Positions 12,901 to 29,617 of a stretch of 64,000 nt of DNA are shown one piece after another. Below the pieces are notes generated by a model, which was given only the letters and a program-made list of their open reading frames with translations, was not told where the DNA came from and made no database searches. Each line of letters begins with the position of its first letter. Positions within the stretch are counted from its first letter, which is position 1. The stretch comes from Chlorokybus atmophyticus (taxonomy: Eukaryota; Plantae; Mesostigma and Chlorokybus algae): contig RHPI01000797.1 of assembly GCA_009103225.1 (NCBI GenBank), positions 1,126,457 to 1,190,456 on the forward strand. Direction: 5' to 3'. The translations under genes and the position numbers were made by a program.

Positions 12901-15900
12901 GCGCAGCTTTGAGCGACCAATTGTCGATGATCCTTTGCCAAGGCCTGACAAGAAGGATGCGTTGATGAACGACTTCCAAAACTACCTCAAGATCCTGAAG
13001 CGCGTGCACTCTGGCGCTGATCTTGAGCAGTGTATCGAGAGCACCAAAGGCAAACTCTCTGAGCGGCTGGTGAGCACAAACTTGCACCATATGCATCATG
13101 GTCTCGAGGCGCTCAACATGTATTAAATGACAGCAAATAACTTGTTTTCGTAGAGCGGGTTGCTGAACTTCCTGATGACCAACCGCAACTCCAGCGACCC
13201 CATTGAGTTGCTGACAGCAATTGTGGAGGCTCGGCAGGTACGTACTTCCAGTTGTGTTCCCTGCCAAGCACCATGCGCACAGGTCGTGCTCCATGTAGTT
13301 AGTAAATGCTGGCAATAACTCCAAACGAATCCGCATCTGTAACCAATGGCGTGGGTTGCTGCCCTGCAGGAGGTGCGCAACGCTGGAGTGACAAAGTCCC
13401 AGGACGTAGGCTGGGTTCGTGAGCTGCTTTACCTTGATGTTGCCTTGGAGAATCTCGGGCGCATGACGGTCGAGAGGGCCTCAGCTGATCTGGTGAGGAT
13501 GCTAGTGTGTTGCAGTAATACCATAGGTGTTGTTGCCCGCGGGCTCAACACACGTCATGCTGCGCTAGGATGAGACAAGTCAGTTGGAGATGATTGCCTT
13601 GGTGCTTGAGAACCTGATACTGTCAACATATGGCGACAATGAAGAGCTTGTGCTATCCCTGCTGGACTGGAAGAAGATACAGAGCTCCTACCCCAACGAT
13701 CATGACTGGCCCCTCCGCGCAAAGGCCGTTGTCGACCGTCTGCGCTACGTTCTAAGTTTGCAGGCAGATGAGAGCAGCGAGCTGCTGCAGCCTCCGGCCA
13801 CAATCATGGGCCGGTGAGTAATGCGCAGGCTTGGCGTGTCATTGCAGGCATATCCATCCATCTCTGATCAGTGTGCTGTCCATGTTGCAGTGCTTTTGGA
13901 GTGGAGACCTGGGCAGTGCAGCTGTTCGCAGAAGAGATTATCCGCGGTGGACCAGCTTTCGCGATGTCGCTTCTCCTCACACGCATGGACAAGGTTCTGC
14001 GCAAGGCTGCTGACCTTGGCTCTTGGCAAGTGATCTCTCCAAGCAAGGTTACTGGTTATGTCAAGATTGTGGACTCCCTCAAGACCGTGCAGAACCGTGT
14101 GTATGACAGGCCCACAGTTCTCATTGCAGAGGTATATCTCGGTTGTGCTGCACTCAGCCTAGCCAACCTCGGCTGACGCTTGTGTTGATTGCAACGAGCA
14201 GAAAGTTAGCGGTGGTGAAGAGATTCCTGGAGGTGCTGTGGCCGTTCTGACTCCCGCCACTATTGATGTCCTCAGCCACTCGGCAGTGCGTGCTAGGAAT
14301 GCTAGCGTCTTCTTTGCCACCTGCTTTGACAAGGACATCCTTGACGAGATCAAGGTGCGCGCATACTGGCCTGCGTCTCATAGCATAGCTCACCCTCAAA
14401 CATTTCTGATCTGCTCGTTGCCGGCATATCACCTGAAGAAGCAATTGGAAATGCATTCTTGAGCATTGGATTGATACATGCATACATGTTGGGACATGGG
14501 GTGCATCTGCAAGCACTGAGCATCAATCGCCTGCACTTCGATCTCACCGTCATGCCTTGACAGGGATACGATGGTGGCATACTGACCATCAACGTGGGGA
14601 CTGGGGATAAGGTTACTTGGGAGAAGGCGGATTCAATCAAGGAGACCCAAGACTCGGGCAATGGCACAGAGGATGGTGCCAAGCCCAAGCTGTCTATCAC
14701 TGCCCAGAAGTTTGCGGGCAAGTATGCAGTGTCACTGCAGGTATGTGTCACTCGGGACAATTGCATTGACCTTCCCAAGTGGGTGATCTGCTTGAACCTC
14801 TGGCAGATGCCATTGCAACAACTGCTGCCTGCAGGAGTTCACATCGGACGTAGTTGGTGCGAAGTCTCGAAATACGCTGGCATTGAAGGAGAGCTTGGGT
14901 GGTGGAAAGATTCCTGACTGGGTTGGGCTGCCGATCAGCTGCGCAGTCCCGTTTGGCACTTTCGAGCAAGTGTTGGATGAGCCCGAGAACAAGGAGGTAT
15001 GTATTTCTAACTGTGCAGATTACCTGATGCCTGCTGTCAACTTCCAACCATCTTGTTGAATGTGCGGGTGGCTGCAAGAGGGTGGTTAGAGATTTATGAG
15101 TCTGGCAACCAACGTGGGTTGCATTGCAGGTCAAGGCTGAGCTTCAAAGGCTGATCAAGGCTGTTGACGAGACAGATGAGGATACCATTGAAGCATCACT
15201 GCAGGCAGTGCGCAACCATGTGATGAACTTGAAATCAACCAAGGGTCTTGAGGAGCAGCTGAAGGCTGAGGTACTAAATTCGTCATACGTGGGTGGAGGT
15301 AGAGGCAGCATGGTCAGTGGCGGCCTTTGACATGCTGTTTTGGTTGCAGATGAAGTCTGCAGGCATGGAGGTTCCGGAGGGCGAGCGCTGGGAGGCAAGC
15401 TTCACGGCTCTGAAGGGAGTAAGTGCTGTTGTTGGCAAAGAGGCAGCAGTGCTTGCACCTTGAGGTGTTCACCAACTGACTAACCACTGATGCTGCCAGG
15501 TGTGGGCTTCCAAGTGGAACACGCGCGCTTGGATTAGTGTCCGTAATGTTGGCATCAGCCATGATGACCTGCGCATGTCCGTTTTGGTTCAAAGAATCGT
15601 GCCCGCCGACTATGCCTTCGTCATCCACACCGTCAACCCGTCATCTAATGACACGGTATCAGCTGGCTCCTTATGAATTGCTCCCAAACATGGCTCCTAA
15701 AGTGGCAAAGGCACTGACTGCCCTGTGTGTTGCCATACAGAATGAGATCTATGCTGAGGTTGTAAAGGGTCTTGGTGAGGCGCTTGTGGGCAACTACCCC
15801 GGGCGTGCCATGAGCTTTGTCGCCAGGAAGGATGACCTCAGCAACCCACGTGTCCTCGGTTTCCCCAGCAAGAGCGTGGGGCTGTTTGTAAAGGATACGT

Positions 15901-16383
15901 ACATCTTCCGCTCAGACTCCAACGGTGAAGACCTGGAGGGATATGCTGGCGCCGGCTTGTACGAGGTGGGTGGCTTTGCCAAGGCCTCTTGTCTGTGCCG
16001 AGCCACATGCCCGTGAACTTCATGTAATTATACTTCTTTGGCGTTGCTAACACCATCACAATGTACGTGCAGAGCCTGCCCGTCAACGAGCCTACAGAGC
16101 GCCTTGTTGACTACAGTAATGATCGTCTTGTCTGGGATGCTGATTTCCGCAAGAGACTCCTTGCAAAGATTGCAGAGGTGAGTCAATGCATGTGAAAAAG
16201 TTGCATCTTAAGTCACAGGAGGGATTGATCATCAGACATACTGCATCAATTCTGGCTCACGACCAGGTCTGTCATGCACAGGTTGGTGCCGCAGTTGAGA
16301 CGGCGCTGGGCAGTCCTCAAGATATTGAGGGAGCCATTGAAGGCGAGAACGTCTTCGTTGTACAGACGCGCCCGCAGGTGTAA
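9985..16383 (+). CDS. GWD1: Alpha-glucan, water dikinase (starch-phosphorylating), about 20 exons
   Basis: Transit-peptide-like first exon (9985-10459). CBM45-type VLHWGVARDEPGQW. Conserved WQRNYNVKPRELS, GRGGQGGDGQAIRDEIL and EQWHQKLHNNTTPDD. Phosphohistidine segment IDVLSHSAVRARNASVFFATCFD. Nucleotide-binding VGAKSRN, VWASKWN, SDSNGEDLEGYAGAGLYE. Ends VVQTRPQV-TAA. The N gap lies inside an intron. Confidence 0.97.
12153..12348. other. Assembly gap (196 N) flanked by G-runs, inside a GWD intron
   Basis: Run of n in the sequence. The flanking exons 11900-11993 and 12391-12525 join in frame. Confidence 0.99.
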
Positions 16384-17136
16384 ACTACTAATACTCAAGG
16401 ACCCCAGCGGATGGGGTATTCGCTCTTCGTTGTTAGCATGTAGCACCCTATGTACGCTAAGGATATACCGCGCTGTATTAGCTCTCATACTGATCGGGAG
16501 TGACTTTTTGGAGAGGCAAAAGGAGATTGGGGCTGTCGGCGTGTACATGTGGTTGGATTGCACTGACATATTGCTTGATTGCATGCAATTTGTCCGGCAT
16601 TTCATGTCAACTCTGCTGCTGCTACTGTTGTTTCCATTGCTCGTACATAACCAAGGATTGTGTGATGACTGCCAGCTCAAACACTACCACCGCCACCACG
16701 AGTCCAAGTTGGGGGCGCGGTTGTCATAGTCATGAGTGACACGATTGGATAGATGTCTGTGTAATGTAATCTTCTAGCAAGCCACCTGCACTGTTGCCAG
16801 CCATGCAATCACAGCTCGTGCTTGGTTCTGGTGATTACATTGTGATGCATGCATAACTTGCATGACTAGCGGGGTGGTGGTGTAGGTAGTACTGTAAATA
16901 GTGTAGTAGTATAGCCCAGTGGTGGCATATGAGGATGAGTGTGAACTGCGTGCCGTTCCAATGTATGCGTGTGATGAATGACACTATGCATGAGTAATGA
17001 TGTAGCGCATTGTGTGTACAACCCTCTATTACATCAATCATCTCGACTATGGAGGTGGTGGACGTGGGGGGCTGGCGGTGTGGTAGGACATGGGACCAGC
17101 GCGAGTAAGGACAGCAATGGGCAAGCACCACTGCGG

Positions 17137-20100
17137 TCACCGAGCGGGTAGCGCATGTGGTGTAACGGTGTATAAAGATGTAACGCGATTGTGCGCATAC
17201 ATAGTTTCAAGACTGCAGGCGTGCCGCCGCTGCTTGGTAACATGAGAGATGGGCTCCACTACACCCTGCCAAAAACTGAGTGCGTTGCACCGCAGAAGAA
17301 CAGTCTGTGCAGTGAGGAGAACTGGGAACAACCAAGAGCAATAAACAAGAGCATTGCCTGCATGCAGCACGACCATCACATGCTATTGACCCGGTGTGGT
17401 TTGCTGTGTTCCTGACGTGCCCCTCTGTTATGATGAAGTGCCTTTGGCAACGCCAAGGACGCCAAGGGAACTGCTGTGCCGCCAATGTCCAGCGATGCCG
17501 ACAGCATTGGTGAAAGCCGACAAGGTAGTTATGAGCTTCCCATCACCAGCTGCCTATCTGGAGACTTTGGCAAATACTTGAAAACTACGTCGAAGACAAT
17601 AGCAGCACCCCTTTCAGCATCTCCGGATACAGCCACTTCAACATCACTGAGGAGCATCAGCTAAGACAACATGGAAAGAGCTATGAAGCCCAGAGCGTAG
17701 CAGACTCTGTTGATGATGGAAGGGGAGGGAGGGGGGGGGGNNNNNNNNNNNNNNNNNNNNNNNNNNNNNNNNNNNNNNNNNNNNNNNNNNNNNNNNNNNN
17801 NNNNNNNNNNNNNNNNNNNNNNNNNNNNNNNNNNNNNNNNNNNNNNNNNNNNNNNNNNNNNNNNNNNNNNNNNNNNNNNNNNNNNNNNNNNNNNNNNNNN
17901 NNNNNNNNNNNNNNNNNNNNNNNNNNNNNNNNNNNNNNNNNNNNNNNNNNNNNNNNNNNNNNNNNNNNNNNNNNNNNNNNNNNNNNNNNNNNNNNNNNNN
18001 NNNNNNNNNNNNNNNNNNNNNNNNNNNNNNNNNNNNNNNNNNNNNNNNNNNNNNNNNNNNNNNNACAAGCTCTGGTTACTCTTCATCCGGCACGTCCCGT
18101 CGCTGCTCGCGCTCCCCCTGCAGTGTCTTATGCGCGTGGCGGTATAGCAGGTAGCGGCGGCGTTGGTGGGGGTTGACGAACAGCAAGTACCCCCATGCAC
18201 GGACCTCCCCAATGGTAAAGCATTTGAGTGGCATGCGCCTGTTCACGACGGACATAGTACGTGCGCACGCACGCACGCACGCATGCGCATGTGTCCTTGC
18301 TGTCAAGCCACACCGAAAACCATTCGCTACTACATTATCCATGGCTGCTGCTTGGCGTGATGTCCATGTGATGTGCAGGTGGTCCACGATGCCATAAAAC
18401 AGGGCAACTCTGCCTGACTGTAACAGCACCTGACAAAACGCTGGCCTTGAGCTTTGCACAACAGGCACTTACTACTACTTACTACGCACTGGCATAAGCC
18501 TACGCGGGGGATTTAGTGATACTGTGGTAAGCACTTTCAGGCAAAGCTACGAGTGAAACCCGTTGCTGTCACAGAATGTGTTAGCCAAAGAGACCTGGCT
18601 GTGCTGCGTGATCTGAGGCAGGGTTGGCAAAAGCGAGGAGAGATATGCGTGCGTGGCGAGCATCATGTGGTATGTACGTGCAAGAAGGGTCGAGTGGTAG
18701 CCAGTGTAGTGTAGTCATCAACATTGCGGTGGCCAGCGGATGTCGTGTAGTTGACAGCCCACTTGCTGAAGCCCGATATCCCGGATGCACGGACCGTCCG
18801 CCGCTGCTTGTTGCGAGATGTTGAAGAACAAGTTTTGCATGCGCGCGTGCCTGCGTCCACGCACGCACATGTTATGCGACCATGCGTTGCAGGACTTGCC
18901 CGTCAACTTGCCACATGGCAACAACAAGCCGACTGATTCAGCGAACAGGGCCCGAGGCGCCGTGCTTTGGGTCACGCGTCGGAGTGACTTGTCGAGTGGA
19001 AGTGCAGTCCCAGAGCTGATTACCTCAGCACGCACGCACACGCACATAGTAGATAGAGAAGTGCAACTGTGCATTGTGGCTGGTACTGGCTAGAGGGACT
19101 CCAGCACATAGGGCATAGAATTGAGACCGAAGCATAATCAAGCAAGTACAAACGCAGCACAAGCCAGCAGCCACAGCCAACACCAACCCAACAATTGAGC
19201 ACAAGCGCACAACTTGACTGAACTACGGGGCTGGGGCTATGTGCAACGATAGCAGGCAGGCAGGCAGGTAGGCAAGTCTCAAGGCTTTTCTTTGCCGCTC
19301 TCAAGTACACCTGAGCAGCGCAGGAGAGGTGAGCCAGGAGCCGAGGCCAGCACAGTGCAAGACGTTGACGACGACTGTGCAGCGGGCACCAACGTGTGCT
19401 CCCCGCCGACTCAGAACTCACCCGCTTGCCTGTGGGGTGGAACGGACAGCACTGCAATCACAACATACAGCACCTAAGCATGCAACGCAATCAAATGGAA
19501 CAAGTAACGATACGTGCAGTCGTAGTGATAACCCGGACTGTTCCACAGCAGCGCTCTAAGCTTGGAGATGAGGTCCCTCTTGTTATACCCCATGCCTTGC
19601 ATGTCTTGCAACAACCTGTGCATTTCCTGTAGAAAGTGGCCACAATATGTGCACAATCACATGCCGTACTTGTCCGCGCGCTTCTCAGCAGGTGAGGCCA
19701 CGCTGTCGCAAGATACGCTTGCAATTGTTATTGTTGTACACGCTGTCGCGAAGCCACGTCTGTGCATGAGCGTGTGTTCGGGGATGGGGTGCACATCACC
19801 CACACGCATGCGTGCCATCGCAGCACTGCATTTTTTAAGCAACAAACGCTTATATACTGATATGACCACGCACACTCAAACCAAAGCAAACCCTGCAGGC
19901 ACAGCAACACAAAATGCATGTTGACTGTAGTATCCCCATCTTTGTAGGCTATGCCATTCGTGACGCTTTCAGGGGTGTTGTGTTGGCAGCGCATTGCGGT
20001 GTGATGCTATGACTTTGAGTAACAGCCAACATGTACACGAGTGCACCGAGATTGCGTACTCGCGTTTGCAGTTGCAAAGCGAATGCGAACCAACAATCCC

Positions 20101-20400
20101 AGACACATTATATATGTAGTATATGTAGTTGTTTCTGTCAAAGTGTTGGTTGTGAGTGATGCATGCTTGCATACTTCAATATCTCGGTGCATTCCTCGCT
20201 GTATACTTGTGCCGCATGCGCAGGCACCGAGTTTGAGAGTCTGCCACTGAGAGAACTGTTCTGACAATCGCTCTCTCAACAAGCATACCATTCCCGCTAC
20301 CTTTGCTGTCTTTGGACTTGGGCTGTTACTGCGCCTGCAGTGCGTACTGCTTACATGCAACGATTGCTGAGCCTCCATCATCATTTCTGTCACACTGATC
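17137..20400 (-). CDS. Probable multi-exon gene of unknown function, model unresolved and interrupted by a gap
   Basis: Exon-like pieces near splice-site-like motifs: EMHRLLQDMQGMGYNKRDLISKLRALLWNSPGYHYDC (~19630-19515), VVNVLHCAGLGSWLTSPALL (~19380-19310), VLLQSGRVALFYGIVDHLHITW (~18430), GYLLFVNPHQRRRYLLYRHAH (~18190), LMLLSDVEVAVSGDAERGAAIVFDVVFKYLPKSPD (~17660-17560). I could not phase these consistently. Confidence 0.35.
17741..18064. other. Assembly gap (324 N) preceded by a G-run
   Basis: Run of n in the sequence. Confidence 0.99.
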
Positions 20401-20587
20401 ATGTCATGTAGCTGAACACATCTAGAGAGAAACCTCACCTCACCGCTCCCGCCGCCGCCTCCCCGGAAGGAACAGACGTTTCGTGCGGAATCGGAAGCAG
20501 GAAGGAAGGAAGGAAGGAAGCAAGGAAGGAAGGAAGGGGGATTGATGAACGTTGACGCCCATTCCACCAGGAATTTGTGCGTGCGCC

Positions 20588-24393
<3,806 letters not shown>

Positions 24394-26351
24394 GGGGGGG
24401 AGGAGAGGAGTTGGAGTGGATAGGGAGGAGGTGGTGAGTGAGGGCGGTGTGGTGAGCGCAACGCAGCGTTGCGCGTGGTTGTGCATTCGTGTTGGTCTTG
24501 TGGGTAACCACACTCCGATGTGCGCTTTCAGAGTTTGGTGCATAGCATGTATGCGGGCATATAGATACAGTCCATGCCACAAAGAATAGGCAAGCACAAC
24601 ACGTGTGCCTGCATCTGTGCCCGCGTACACGCAGACGCGCGCGCACACACGTGTGCACGCACGCACGCAGCCACAAAGCACGTTACGTCGTAACACGTTA
24701 AACTGCTGCTGCAGTATGTACAAAAGATGCAGCACGCACAGTGTACATCAGATGCAGGACATGCATGCGCATGTACGTGTGTGAGTTGGTTTGCTTTCCA
24801 GAGTCATCAGGGCCAAAAACCTTTACAAGGATGTTTGCTGCAAAGCCTTGTAGGGTGCGAAGCATAGCACAAACTCCATGTGTACTCTTGTACAACCGCC
24901 CTCGTTTTGATTCGTACAGCGCGCGATGCAACCTTCTTGCACAATTCTCTACGTGACGCAGTGTAAGATATAGTATAGTTCATTTGGCTCACAACAATTG
25001 CCAAGGTTTTTTTGATCGAATCTCATACTTGTGAAGGCGCGCAGCCGTGGTACTTACGGTCTACGACCAGGCACATATCTTTGTCTGCGGCACACCAAAT
25101 GCATGCTGCTCACACACGAAGTCACCACAATGCGTGCGCAGCGAACCTTGTACCTATATGAACAACTGATGTAGCAGCTTTGCTCTGCCAGCAATATGTG
25201 ACTCACGTATCCGCAGGCAATGATTCGTTTCAAGTACGAGGTGAGTGTTCTATTCCTCTCTGCTGATGTCTCAGAGGGCGCTTGCCTTGGCCTTAAACGT
25301 GCAATAAAGAGAGGATTAGCCTGGATGGCATAACTGCATGCAAGGCGGGCATGACCTGTACTTGTGCTGGCTCGATGCCCTGCTGTCTCTATGCGCAAAG
25401 CTTCCCTCTGTCCATGCCTACAGCATGCAGCAGGTTTAGAGCAGAGGGGAGACACATGTTACATAGCTCCTGCTGTTGAATATGCGAACATGACGCAGAG
25501 CCTGAGCAATGCTCGCATGCAGTGCCATGCCTCGTACGAGTCAGTCACAAGGCATTTATTGCAGGTCTAGAACACATGCGCGCGACTGACTTGCAAGGGC
25601 AGACGGCTGACAACCTTCACAATACTCAGACATGACTTCTGCATCACACAGTTGCATGCATCAGCCAAGGAGCTGGAGCTGGAGCTGGAGTCACCTTCCT
25701 TGCCCCGCCTGTAGGTGCAGTTGGTAGCTGGTGTGTGATGAGCCGCTCAGTTTGCATGTGTACTACCCTTCACCTCCCATTGGAACGTGGTTACTTGCTC
25801 TCGTCTCAGAGTAACTTAGCGACTGAGTTAGCCGGCGCTGTTGTTGGACAAGTCGGGCGGCAGCTGCTGGGGGCGGCGGCGCAGCAGGAGAAGGAGGCAG
25901 AGGAGCTGGAGGAGGAGGAGGCGCGTGGGTGGCGTGACAGCCTCTGTGCTGGAGTCTTGCAAGTACTGCATGGTACAGACGCGGTCGAAGGTGCTTGCAT
26001 GCATGCAATCTCTTGCAGCTCACCAGGTCGGTACTTGACCAGTTACCACTGGCGGCCATGCATGCATGCATGCACGCCATGTGCATGCCGACATTCACGT
26101 CAACACCGCCTTGCATGTCAACATCCGGGCATCAGATTCGAAGGTAGGCTGCGTGTGATCTGTTGGTTACTCGAAACAAGTTAGCCTTAGTCTCCACAAG
26201 GGTGTCGCCTCCAGCATGCACCCCTTTGATCGGTGAGCACGGTCTCCTTGGCTTACCAGGTCTCTCTCTCATTGCGCTCAGGAACAGGAACCCAGGAGGA
26301 GGCGTGTCCACCCCCGCACTCCTTCCCCTCTCTCCGCCATCATCATCAGCC

Positions 26352-26904
26352 ATGAGCGCGGAGGAGGGCCAGGAGAAGCCTGTCCCTGTGGCCGTGGCGG
26401 TCCCCGTGGCGGTGCCCGTCGTCGCTGCACCGCTGCCGACCATGGACCCTGGCTGGTGGATCATCACCTTCTTGATTATTATCCTACTTCCCCCGCTCGG
26501 CATACTCTTCGTGGTGAGTGATTGTGGTTTTGTGTAAGTTGAGAGTCTATCTGCTTGAGTGAGGACTTGGACTTATTGTGGGCGGGATCGGTGTGGAATG
26601 AAAGCCTGGGACGGACTTGCTGGACATCTGCCTGTGCTTCGTGCTCACCATTCTAGGCTACTTCCCGGGACTCATCTACGGTGAGATACTGTGATGATCG
26701 TTGTTAGTCTCCGAGAAGAGTGTGCAAGTTGTTACTGACAACTGTGTACTCTTGCATTGCATGTGCAACCCACAGCAAGGCAGGCTGTCGCACGTGACGG
26801 TGCTTCTCACGTAACTGTGCTTCCTTCCATTCTCTGCAGCACTGTGGCTGTTCTTCACGCACGCGGCGCTCGCGACACCGCCGCCACCTGTGATTGTGAT
26901 ATGA
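26352..26904 (+). CDS. PMP3: PMP3/RCI2 (UPF0057) small hydrophobic membrane protein, copy A, 3 exons
   Basis: Exons 26352-26513, 26605-26680, 26840-26904 give ...MDPGWWIITFLIIILLPPLGILFVPGTDLLDICLCFVLTILGYFPGLIYALWLFFTHAALATPPPPVIVI*. This matches the PMP3 pattern ILLPPLG...ICLxLTILGYxPGxIYA. Confidence 0.92.
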
Positions 26905-28396
26905 AGGGGAAAGTCTGCTCCACTCTCGGAGATGCACAGGCTCAAGCACACACCTTTGCGTGTGCCTGTGTGTATTCATCATCATTCATGGTCGAGGTGT
27001 CTTGGGCTGAGCGCATGCCTGGGCAAATTTAAAGCAGGTTTCAAGTAGGGGATCGGTTTCCCGAATGCTGCAAGAGTTCAAAGATGGTAACTTTGTGCAT
27101 GTGCAGCAACGATGGCGCGTGTTTGTGCGTCGTGACTGTTTTGATCATCTATACCACTTGGACGGTTCAGCTGTCGCCAGGCTTTTGGCATCTGTGCCTG
27201 ACTTGGCTTGGCTTGGCTACTTGTAAAAGGGTTCATGCCTGAGCACTACTGCTGAAATGACTGCTCATCTGTTAAGTGTATATATATATGCGATGCAAGG
27301 GTTGTGTTTTACGGCAGCCTGAAAGCCACTACAGCTTGCAGCTCTACCTGCATTGCGACTTGCGTTGGCATGCAATCACCCACAACATTCAGTATTCAGT
27401 GTTTCTTATCACGAGGTGCTTTGAGCTGAGGTGCTGATCTCTTAGCGAATGCTTGCCTCCATTGAGCTATGAAGAGCAGAGTAGCCATGGTTGGCACCTG
27501 TTGTGCACTTGATGCCCCGCTGTGCTTCTTGTGCAAAGCTTCAATCTGTCCACGCCTGCACCATGGCAGCTTCATAAAAAGGAGACACAGTTCCTGCTGC
27601 TGTCAAAGATGTGGACAGCAGGCAGAGCCTGCGCTGTGTGCGAACTCCATGAGTACACGTACATTTGTTAGCAAAAGTAGTGGCTCTCGACTAAATGCGT
27701 GACTCACGAGCGTGACAGAACGTCCAGTAATTGAGCTTGCATGCATCAGCCAGAGTGTGATGTGTGCAACAAGCATGCATTACACTGTGTGCACAGAGAC
27801 CACATCTCCAAGATTGCACCTTCAATGAAGTCCAAGATTGAAGTTCAAACCGAAGTTCAAGATTGCTACTAGTAGGACGTGTCTTGCTACTCAAAGTAAC
27901 AAAACGTGTTGTTGGACAAGTTGGGTGGCGCATCTGTTGGCAGAGGCGGCGGCGGAGGAGCAGAAGGAAGAGGCGGGAGAGCGAGAGGCTTTTTTCCGAG
28001 GGAGCGACAGAGAGGAAGCCCCTTGGAGGAGGCAGGCTGCGGGTGGCGTGACAGTCTCTGTGTTGGAGTCTTGCGAGTACTGCATGGTACACAACGCGTT
28101 TTCAAGGTGCTTGCATGCATGCATGGTGTGTTCTGGTGGTAATCATGCATGCATGCAATCACATGTTGCAGCTCACCAGGTCGGTACCTGCCCAGTTAGC
28201 TCTGGCCGGCCATGCATGCATGCATGATGTGTGCATGTCAACAGTGATGTCAACCGCCTGTGTCAACTTAGAGGCAGCAGATCCGACGATAGGATGCGTT
28301 TGGTCGAGTAAGTACTGGAAGCAGGAACCAGGAAGGAGGCGGCGTGTCCACCCCCACACTCCTTCCCCTCTCGCTCTCTCTCCGCCATCAGCAGCC

Positions 28397-28961
28397 ATGA
28401 GCGAGGAGAAGCCGGTCCCTGTGGCGGTACCCGTCGCGGTGCCGGTCCCTGTAGCAATCCCAACCATGGACCCGGCATGGTGGATCATCACGCTCCTGAT
28501 CATCATCCTGTGTCCCCCGCTCGGCATTCTATTCGTGGTAGGTGGGAGTTGGTGTCTACTGTTGATGTAGCAGGGAGCCTGCGTGGTTGGGAACTCACTG
28601 TTGGTGAGTGAGACTGATTCGCATGGTTTGCATGAATCTCCTGGAAGCCTGGTGCGGACTTGCTGGAGTTCTGCGTCTGCCTATTGCTCACCATACTCGG
28701 ATACTTCCCGGGACTCATTTACGGTGAGAAGACTGTTATCATAACTTCCAGGACGGAGGCGAGCGCATGGCAACGCAAGCTCTAAGATTTCTCCAAAGAT
28801 GCATGCATAATTCACCTTGTGTCAGAAACTTGCCTGGAAGGCAGGCTCACATATGCAATGCAACGGTCTCACGCACCTGTGCTTTGTTCTCCGCAGCACT
28901 GTGCCTGTTCTTCACGCACGCGGCGCTCGCGACACCACCGGCACCCGTTGTTGTGGTATGA
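28397..28961 (+). CDS. PMP3: PMP3/RCI2 small hydrophobic membrane protein, copy B, 3 exons
   Basis: Exons 28397-28537, 28648-28723, 28897-28961 give ...MDPAWWIITLLIIILCPPLGILFVPGADLLEFCVCLLLTILGYFPGLIYALCLFFTHAALATPPAPVVVV*. Confidence 0.92.
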
Positions 28962-29617
28962 AGGGACAGTCTGCTACCAATATGTGAGAGACAAAAGCAC
29001 ACATCGAGACACAAGCGCACAACTTGGCGTTCTCTGTGTGTGCACGTGTGTTGACGTGTTTCGTGCTCAGCGCATGCCTTGCCAAGGCTTCCCTACCGCA
29101 AGTGTAAGAGTTGATGCAGTTGTGGGAATCAATGGTTTGTGCGCATGCATGTGGTCACCCCAGGGCCTGTTACACTTTTTTTGACTTGCAAAGGGTTGAC
29201 GCTAAGCAGCATCAATGCTGCTTACAATGTTTACTATTGTAAGTGGCCGCTCGCTTTGACTTTGAGATATGGCAGTCAAAACATCGTGACGAATTGCAAG
29301 CTCATATTGTCCCTGGAGTACGTAACCGCTGTATCCTCCCGAGGACGACAGTTGCGAGTAGAAAAACCCGTAAGAAGTTCGCAGCTAACCGTTCGTTAAG
29401 TACAACGCTCTACATTGTCAGCGTAACAAGTAGTCACGGTGATGGGAACAAAGACCCACACGCGCACTTCCCAACGATTCTGCTCAATTCGAGCTCATTG
29501 AAACGGTCACATCGGCACCGAGCCACGTCTGCACGGTTGTCGTGGCTACCTGTTCAAGACACCAACTACGATGTACTTTGTTTTGGACAAGTTCTCGCAG
29601 CGAAACGCCATTGTCGT

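Larger units (their letters stand above)
25640..29110. repeat. Tandem segmental duplication (~2.05 kb period) carrying the two PMP3 genes plus upstream sequence
   Basis: Shared blocks gggtggcgtgacagYctctgtgYtggagtcttgcRagtactgcatggtaca (~25927 and ~28040) and tgcagctcaccaggtcggtac (~26014 and ~28167), plus both ORFs and their 3' flanks. Confidence 0.9.

Noticed and set aside
24698-25455. Short minus-strand ORFs including KVFGPDDSGKQT
   Set aside because: Not a valid Walker A (GKQ), and no consistent exon chain.
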